A stretch of 13,115 bases of DNA from Fidelibacterota bacterium (GTDB taxonomy: Bacteria; Fidelibacterota; Marinisomatia; Marinisomatales; UBA2128). Under the pieces are notes generated by a model that did no database searches, was not told where the DNA came from, and saw only the letters and a program-made list of their open reading frames with translations. The stretch lies in NCBI GenBank assembly GCA_046861645.1, contig JBHHUM010000059.1, positions 1 to 13,115 on the forward strand, given 5' to 3'. The translations under genes were made by a program, and so were the position numbers. Below, in pieces: positions 7,743 to 13,115 of the stretch; position 1 is the stretch's first letter; each line of letters begins with the position of its first letter.

Positions 7743-9131
7743 ATGAAAGCAAAACTAACAGTCTCGACCCTATTATGCTGGTCATTTGCTTCCATATCAC
7801 CGGCTCAGGACAATTGGACGAAATATGCTGGGAATCCGGTTCTTCAGCGAGGAGAGTATCCGGAGTGGAATTGCTTCGCCGTTGCGGACCCGACCGTTAT
7901 CAATGATAACGATACATTAAAGATGTGGTATTCCGGAGCGGGATACCTTGGTGCGGATACGGTCGCCCGCGTACGCTTCGGGTATGCATGGTCCGTTGAT
8001 GGTGGGGTAAATTGGACACAATATACCGATAATCCGGTTATGGACGTGGGGGAAGCAGGGGAGTGGGACGGTATGAGCATCGAGACACCTTGCGTAATAA
8101 AGGATGGCGATACACTGAAGATGTGGTATATGGGCTACCATTCGAATTCTGATTTTTTCGATTATCTCGGTAGTATCGGATATGCCTGGTCGCTGGACGG
8201 CATCACCTGGACAAAATATCCCGACAATCCCGTTTTAACCGAAGGAATCGAACCCTGGGGTGATTGGATATACTATGCCCTGGAAAGTCCATCCGTCATT
8301 AAAGAAAACGGAGTGTATAATATGTGGTTCGGTGCGGCAATGTTTGATAAGTCCTGGAATCCTAACAGTGAGATGATCGCTATTGCCTTTGCTACTTCAC
8401 CTGATGGAATCAACTGGTCTTTCGATATCTTGAGTAATCCTGTATTTATCAGAGATACTTTTGCCGTTTGGGATTCCGGAGGCGTGGAAGACCCGGAAAT
8501 AATCAAGCTGGAAGATCAATATGTTATGTATTATACCGGTACGGACGCAAAAGCGGAATGGGAGAACCCTCAGACTCATTTCCAGACAGGATTGGCTCGT
8601 TCCGTGAATGGCATAAACTGGGTAAGAGACATTCATAACCCTATTTTGCCAGTGGGTTCGGCAGGCGAATGGGACCGTTTCCAGGCAGCCGACGTAGCTG
8701 TGGTTTCCATTGAGGATACACTACGAATGTTTTACACCGGAATCGACACGGCAACGCAGATATGGCCGGATTATTATTATGACGTGGGGTATGCCTGGAT
8801 AACCATCGATACCGGTACAGTAGAAACACAGGAGGAAGAGCCTTTTATCCCAGGAGATATTCGATTGTCCCCAAATTATCCGAATCCTTTTAATGTCATT
8901 ACTGTTATTGATTATCAAATCCTTCAATCGGGATGGATCACCCTGCAAATTTTTAACGTGTCGGGCAGGGCTGTTAAAACACTGGTCAACGAATACAAGA
9001 CTGCAGGCAGATATACGGTGACGTGGAACGGAAAAAACGATCCCGGAAACGCTTCCGGCAGCGGCATATATTTCTATCAGCTAAAAAGCAAAAATTCGAT
9101 GAGGATTAAAAAATTGATTTTACTTCGGTAG
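7743..9131 (+). CDS. Secreted five-bladed beta-propeller glycoside-hydrolase-like protein with FlgD-Ig/T9SS-type C-terminal domain
   Basis: Signal peptide SPA|Q. Five ~66-aa repeats (W.KY..NPV...G..G.WD...[DE].P.VI...KMWY.G...GYAWS.DG..W). C-terminal NYPNPFN...WNG...KKLILLR. Confidence 0.9.
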   Translation: MKAKLTVSTLLCWSFASISPAQDNWTKYAGNPVLQRGEYPEWNCFAVADPTVINDNDTLKMWYSGAGYLGADTVARVRFGYAWSVDGGVNWTQYTDNPVMDVGEAGEWDGMSIETPCVIKDGDTLKMWYMGYHSNSDFFDYLGSIGYAWSLDGITWTKYPDNPVLTEGIEPWGDWIYYALESPSVIKENGVYNMWFGAAMFDKSWNPNSEMIAIAFATSPDGINWSFDILSNPVFIRDTFAVWDSGGVEDPEIIKLEDQYVMYYTGTDAKAEWENPQTHFQTGLARSVNGINWVRDIHNPILPVGSAGEWDRFQAADVAVVSIEDTLRMFYTGIDTATQIWPDYYYDVGYAWITIDTGTVETQEEEPFIPGDIRLSPNYPNPFNVITVIDYQILQSGWITLQIFNVSGRAVKTLVNEYKTAGRYTVTWNGKNDPGNASGSGIYFYQLKSKNSMRIKKLILLR

Positions 9132-9145
9132 ATTGGGGAATATGG

Positions 9146-9847
9146 ATGAAATCTGTTAATCTGCTAACCAAATTTAATTGCATCGCTGTTGAATTTATGT
9201 TCACATGGTCGGTTGTGTTATTTGATGTTGTGATGGCCCAATCCGTTTACTTCGATGACTCAGACCCGGGAATCATGAAATTGGGTAATGCCATGTATTA
9301 CGAAGTAGCTTTTCGGAAAACCAACGGTTACATTGCCTGTCTCAAAGATAAGACTACTGGACATAACATTTCTGCTGGGTCTCGATACGAACATCTCTGG
9401 GGGATTAAAGATATGGAAGCGGATCAGTTCAATTTTGGCGGAGGAGATTATGACACATCAGGGGAAAACATGTTTTCGTATGTCTGGGATGATTCAAATC
9501 AAACTCTTGATTTTTATTACACACCCGATTCTACTGCCGATCAGGGATTAATCGCTAAGGTACAGATCAAAGCCACGGATAATTCTTATTTTGACCTTCA
9601 ACTCACTCTTACCAGTGAATATGGCGAGCCGATACAAATTATCAGTTTCCCCTCAAATTTGATTTTTCTGGAAAATGATGTAGAGGAAGCGTACCTGCCC
9701 ATCATCCCCGGCGTCGTACTGGAGAGATCTTTCTTCCTGCAGAGCCGATCTTATTCATATATTTATCCCGGCTGGCCCGGCGTCTTTGCAGATTTTGTTT
9801 ACCAGAAGCTGTATAACGGTGGTCTTGCTCTGTATTCATTAGGGTAA
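9146..9847 (+). pseudogene. N-terminal fragment of a secreted, beta-rich protein (probably a truncated carbohydrate-active enzyme)
   Basis: 233-aa ORF 14 nt after the previous stop. Degenerate signal peptide ending VMA|Q and beta-sandwich-like sequence. It ends abruptly (GGLALYSLG*) without the sorting domain its neighbours carry, exactly at a composition step. Confidence 0.6.
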
Positions 9848-10460
9848 AGTACCAGTTTATTTTGTTATTGTTTCAGATATAAATAGTGGGTGGGGGCATG
9901 GAATGAATACAAAACTAACTGGAGATGATCCACTTAATTTTAATCACTGGTGTTTTGTAGAACCTCAAAATGATACTACAAATGTTCAGCCAGGGGGATG
10001 GAATATTCCATATAATACTATTGTAGGGATAAGGGCTTTAGATGGATTTAATACTGTTGGAGGGCCCACTGTTGTTCCCATTATATATTTTTCATTAGAT
10101 GATGAAGGAAACCCCAGCTTATATTATCAAAACCCAGACCTAATCTTAGAAAGACCTGAAATCTCTGTTGCACAGGAAAACCCTGAAATACCATCACAAT
10201 ATGTTTTAGAGCAGAATTATCCCAATCCATTTAATCCAAAAACAACAATAACATATAATCTTCCAAAAAGAGAAAAGGTCTCACTGGATATTTATGATAT
10301 TAAAGGAAGAAAATTAGAAACACTTGTTAATGGTGTGCTGGATCAAGGACAGCACAAAGCTTTATTTGATGCTTCAAAATACAGTTCTGGTGTTTATTTA
10401 TATAGAATTCAGACCGAAAGTGGATACAGCAAGGCGAAGAAGATGGTGGTTGAGAAGTAG
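9843..10460 (+). pseudogene. 5'-truncated protein with GHxxN...WxFxEPQ motif and T9SS-type C-terminal domain (first ATG at 9903)
   Basis: The frame is open from 9843 (GKVPVYFVIVSDINSGWGHGMNT...), upstream of ATG 9903. No signal peptide. C-terminal QNYPNPFNP...SSGVYLY...KKMVVEK. AT-rich and CpG-depleted. Confidence 0.7.
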
Positions 10461-10528
10461 AGAATCAAGTAGTGTAAACTATCGTCCAAAATACGAGGAG
10501 AACAGGTCTTATTCTGTACATCACCAGT

Positions 10529-10645
10529 AGTAAACTTCCTCACATAGGATTTGCAAAAGAATATCTGTTTATCTTCATACTTAGTATGACGTATTCCTCT
10601 CCGGACTATATCACTACTAAAACAATATTTGCATCTTATATTCAC
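10529..10645 (-). mobile_element. Degenerate transposase-type zinc-ribbon remnant (IS1 InsA-like/IS6-associated)
   Basis: MNIRCKYCFSSDIVRRGIRHTKYEDKQIFFCKSYVRKFT fits CxxC.S..IV+.G.R......Q.[FY].CxxC.R.F, with the last Cys replaced by Tyr. No catalytic domain follows. Confidence 0.6.
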
Positions 10646-10796
10646 TGGAAAACCTAATTGAAAGGAACCTTAACCTAATGTATCTTACTTTACGATTTCA
10701 TAAATGTCAACGAAGCTGACACATCCAACGCAAGAAGAGAATTTATACTTGGCATTATGCCCTACAAATGAGTGATATTATCTGACAGTAGACAGC

Positions 10797-11390
10797 ATGA
10801 AGGAAGAACTTAAAGATGTCCCCAGTCGGGAGGAAGCGTGGCAGCTCCTCTGCGAATACACCCAATCCGATTCCCTCCGCCGGCATGCCCTGGCCGTGGA
10901 ACACATCATGCGGAAGCTGGCAGAAAAGTATGGTGAAGACCCAAACATCTGGGGCATTACAGGACTGCTGCATGACTTCGACTATGAACGCTACCCTACT
11001 GCTGAAGAACACCCCTTCGAAGGCAGCAAAATCCTGAAGGAGCGGGGCTATCCTGAAACGGTCCGCAGAGCTATCATGAGCCATGCCAATTATACCGGTA
11101 TTCCCAGGGATACACTCATGGCACGGGCACTCTATTCATGTGATGAACTCACCGGGTTCATCTTTGCTGTGACTTATGTTCGGCCGTCAAAGTCCATCCA
11201 TGAGGTGAAGGTCAAGTCAGTTACGAAGAAACTGAAGCAGAAAGCCTTTGCAGCCAGCGTCAATCGTGACGAAGTGGCGGAAGGGATGCAGGAGCTGGGC
11301 GTAGAGCGGACGGAACATATCCAGTTCATCATTGACGCCTTAAAGGAAAAAGCAAAAGAGCTGGGACTGGAAGGGGAGCTAAAAGTGTAA
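10797..11390 (+). CDS. HD-domain (HDIG) metal-dependent phosphohydrolase
   Basis: H...HD...H...H...D pattern: RRHALAVE, GLLHDFDYE, EEHP, IMSHA, SCDELTG. C-terminal VKSVTKKLKQKAFAASVNR. Confidence 0.93.
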   Translation: MKEELKDVPSREEAWQLLCEYTQSDSLRRHALAVEHIMRKLAEKYGEDPNIWGITGLLHDFDYERYPTAEEHPFEGSKILKERGYPETVRRAIMSHANYTGIPRDTLMARALYSCDELTGFIFAVTYVRPSKSIHEVKVKSVTKKLKQKAFAASVNRDEVAEGMQELGVERTEHIQFIIDALKEKAKELGLEGELKV

Positions 11391-11406
11391 AGCTAAAGGT
11401 TGTAAG

Positions 11407-11464
11407 TAGCGAGTTCATTCCGCGGGATGCTGTGTAAAATGAACACGCTAAAATCGAAAAAAGA
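11407..11464 (+). repeat. 58-bp hairpin repeat, copy B (REP-like, begins GTAG at 11406)
   Basis: TAGCGAGTTCATT-18 nt-AATGAACACGCTA stem (12/13 paired) followed by AAATCGAAAAAAGA. 53/58 identical to the reverse complement of 1218-1275. Confidence 0.9.
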
Positions 11465-11555
11465 ACGCTGAAACGTCCTGTGTGGGGAGACAGAAAAGCA
11501 AAACGATTAGAAAACAACTCCGTAAGGTGTAGAATAATAGTATTCTGAAGTCACA

Positions 11556-11720
11556 AAGGTCTTTCTCTATCACTACCCAAGTAACGTAAGCCGCACCCAC
11601 AGATCGCCGGCAGTTCCGGCAATGACAATGAACCAACCGAAAGGGTTTTCCGGTAATGGTATAGCGGTATTTTCCACAGAAACATTTTCCCTGAATTTTA
11701 TTTTCACTTGTCTCAGTTAC
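11556..11720 (-). pseudogene. Truncated GFA/CENP-V family (Mss4-like zinc-binding) protein
   Basis: The frame of ORF 11448-11636 extends upstream to give IQGKCFCGKYRYTITGKPFRLVHCHCRNCRRSVGAAYVTW, the GFA N-terminal CxCG...HCHCxxCRR motif. There is no ATG/GTG/TTG start upstream of the motif, and the C-terminal FCxxCG half is missing. Confidence 0.85.
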
Positions 11721-11734
11721 ATGGGATATTGAGA

Positions 11735-12415
11735 TCAGTTCATTCTCAGGTCGCCAGCAGACCCAATTCCGAAATCAGCAGCTTTATCCACTCGCAGACC
11801 ACTCTCCAGGTACTGCAGCAGTACTTTAGCCCGAAGCGAAAGGTTGTTCAGTTCCAGTAATTTCTGCTTTTCTTGAAGTTTGATAGCTAAGTGAGTTATG
11901 ATAAGATTTACTGCCATTTCAAAATCCAATCCTTCTCGAAAAAAGCGGGTGGCAGCAGCAATAAGATTATCACTACCTTCAATATCAAACTGCTGAAATA
12001 TCTTTTCTTGAAGGATTGTTGGATCTGATTCACCAACTTCATCCTTCAAGGTTTCCACCAGGGCCATACGGTAAGGTGTATCGCTGGGAATTTCCTTAAT
12101 CTTCACTTTATCCATACCCACTAGTAAAATATCATAAGTTCCATCCGGACGACTCTTCTTCAACGGCATATACCCCAACGTACCAATAGAGTATATGGGG
12201 GGTGAGCCCTTATAGTCTTTCTTGTAACCGGGTTTAAGGAGGGTCATACAGATCAGTTTATCCCCTGAGGATACATCTGCGACCATGGTCCGGTAGCGTT
12301 CCTCGAAAATATGCAGCGGCAGGAAAGTGTGAGGGAAAAATACCACATCCGGAAGCGGGAAAATAGGGACACGATCTGAGAATTCTGTTAGTGACTCTTG
12401 TAAATTATTACTCAT
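11735..12415 (-). CDS. Stand-alone LON peptidase substrate-binding (Lon N-terminal) domain protein
   Basis: [41 protein letters not shown] and EKQKLLE motifs; no AAA+ or protease domain. ATG 12415 is preferred (GGAG upstream, 8-nt overlap with the Rieske gene) over 12442. Confidence 0.92.
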   Translation of the reverse strand: MSNNLQESLTEFSDRVPIFPLPDVVFFPHTFLPLHIFEERYRTMVADVSSGDKLICMTLLKPGYKKDYKGSPPIYSIGTLGYMPLKKSRPDGTYDILLVGMDKVKIKEIPSDTPYRMALVETLKDEVGESDPTILQEKIFQQFDIEGSDNLIAAATRFFREGLDFEMAVNLIITHLAIKLQEKQKLLELNNLSLRAKVLLQYLESGLRVDKAADFGIGSAGDLRMN

Positions 12416-12716
12416 TAATCCACTCCAAATAGTATCCATCATCCTGGTTAACTACCCTATACTTTGGCACTGCTACTTTCTGGTTCTCCACAGCTACTCC
12501 TGTACGGCAGTTGAACTCCCAGCCATGCCAGGGACAGGTTACAACACCGGCAGTTACTACTCCTTCTCCCAGTGAACCCCCCCGGTGTGGACAGGTATTA
12601 TCCAAAGCGTGTAACTCACCATTAATATTAAATAATGCTACAGCGCAATCACCAACAAAAAGGACTGAACCGTTCTCCTTGTCAGGTAAGTTCTCAGGTG
12701 GAATTTTGATTAGCAT
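12408..12716 (-). CDS. Rieske [2Fe-2S] ferredoxin (NirD/dioxygenase-ferredoxin-like)
   Basis: [11 protein letters not shown] and [11 protein letters not shown] (CxH...CxxH) motifs in 102 aa. Confidence 0.94.
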   Translation of the reverse strand: MLIKIPPENLPDKENGSVLFVGDCAVALFNINGELHALDNTCPHRGGSLGEGVVTAGVVTCPWHGWEFNCRTGVAVENQKVAVPKYRVVNQDDGYYLEWINE

Positions 12717-13115
12717 AAATCATGTATCCAACGCCAATCTCGTTTAATGGTTCGATATTATTTGCGTATCCTTAAACACTTCACTGAAATTAAATCTGTA
12801 TTGCATCATGATGTAAGCAAATGATATTTCAGGGCGTCTATGAAAAAGTAGCAATACCAGACCAGCCCCGTAGCTCTCCATCTGGTGGAAGTTACACTAA
12901 TAAGGATTCCAATGACAAGGTTCCCAAGGGCAAATCACGAACAGTGGGAAGGACAGTAAATCCCTAATTCCGATATTGGAATCTTGCAAAAATCACAACA
13001 GATTGTAATTCCAACAATTAGATTGAGCAACGTATTCACTTGATAAGTGAAAATATTAATTGATGCATAATACGTTGTTTTTTATCGAATGTTTTTCCCC
13101 TCTACTTTATCCTCA

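Noticed and set aside
2890..10460. Integron cassette array, CRISPR array or DGR
   Set aside because: Most intergenic gaps (14-18 nt) are too short for attC sites; there are no regularly spaced direct repeats, no integrase or reverse transcriptase, and no adenine-specific repeat pair.
11439..11471. 10-codon mini-ORF in both repeat copies (MNTLKSKKER* and MDKLKSKKDG*)
   Set aside because: Follows largely from the nucleotide similarity; there is no RBS and the ATG is inside the stem.
532..12747. Numerous short antisense or overlapping ORFs in the track
   Set aside because: They are shadows of well-supported genes, with no motifs of their own.
12717..13115. Possible degraded membrane-protein frame on the minus strand (FALGNLVIGILISV...) and a 48-aa plus-strand ORF
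   Set aside because: Interrupted or short, no start context and no recognisable family; left unannotated.

Overview
Bacterial chromosomal window. The secreted-protein tails suggest an FCB-related lineage, but that is inference only. Left side: a palindrome-dense non-coding stretch, a small hypothetical gene, a 2x[4Fe-4S] ferredoxin and an FGGY (glycerol-kinase-like) sugar kinase. Centre (~2.9-10.7 kb): a co-directional, partly decaying array of secreted enzymes, five of which end in a FlgD-Ig/T9SS-type C-terminal domain (NYPNPF...WDG...KMVLLR-type). In order these are an alpha/beta-hydrolase pseudogene, a GH74-like Asp-box double propeller, two paralogous five-bladed propeller glycoside-hydrolase-like genes (one frameshifted), and a truncated secreted gene joined out of frame to an AT-rich, CpG-free fragment, followed by a transposase-type zinc-ribbon remnant. 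Right side: an HD-domain hydrolase and a convergent Rieske ferredoxin / stand-alone Lon-N / truncated GFA unit. A 58-bp hairpin element with a compensatory base-pair change occurs twice in inverted orientation (1218-1275 and 11407-11464), bracketing about 10.2 kb. No rRNA, tRNA or CRISPR array was seen.
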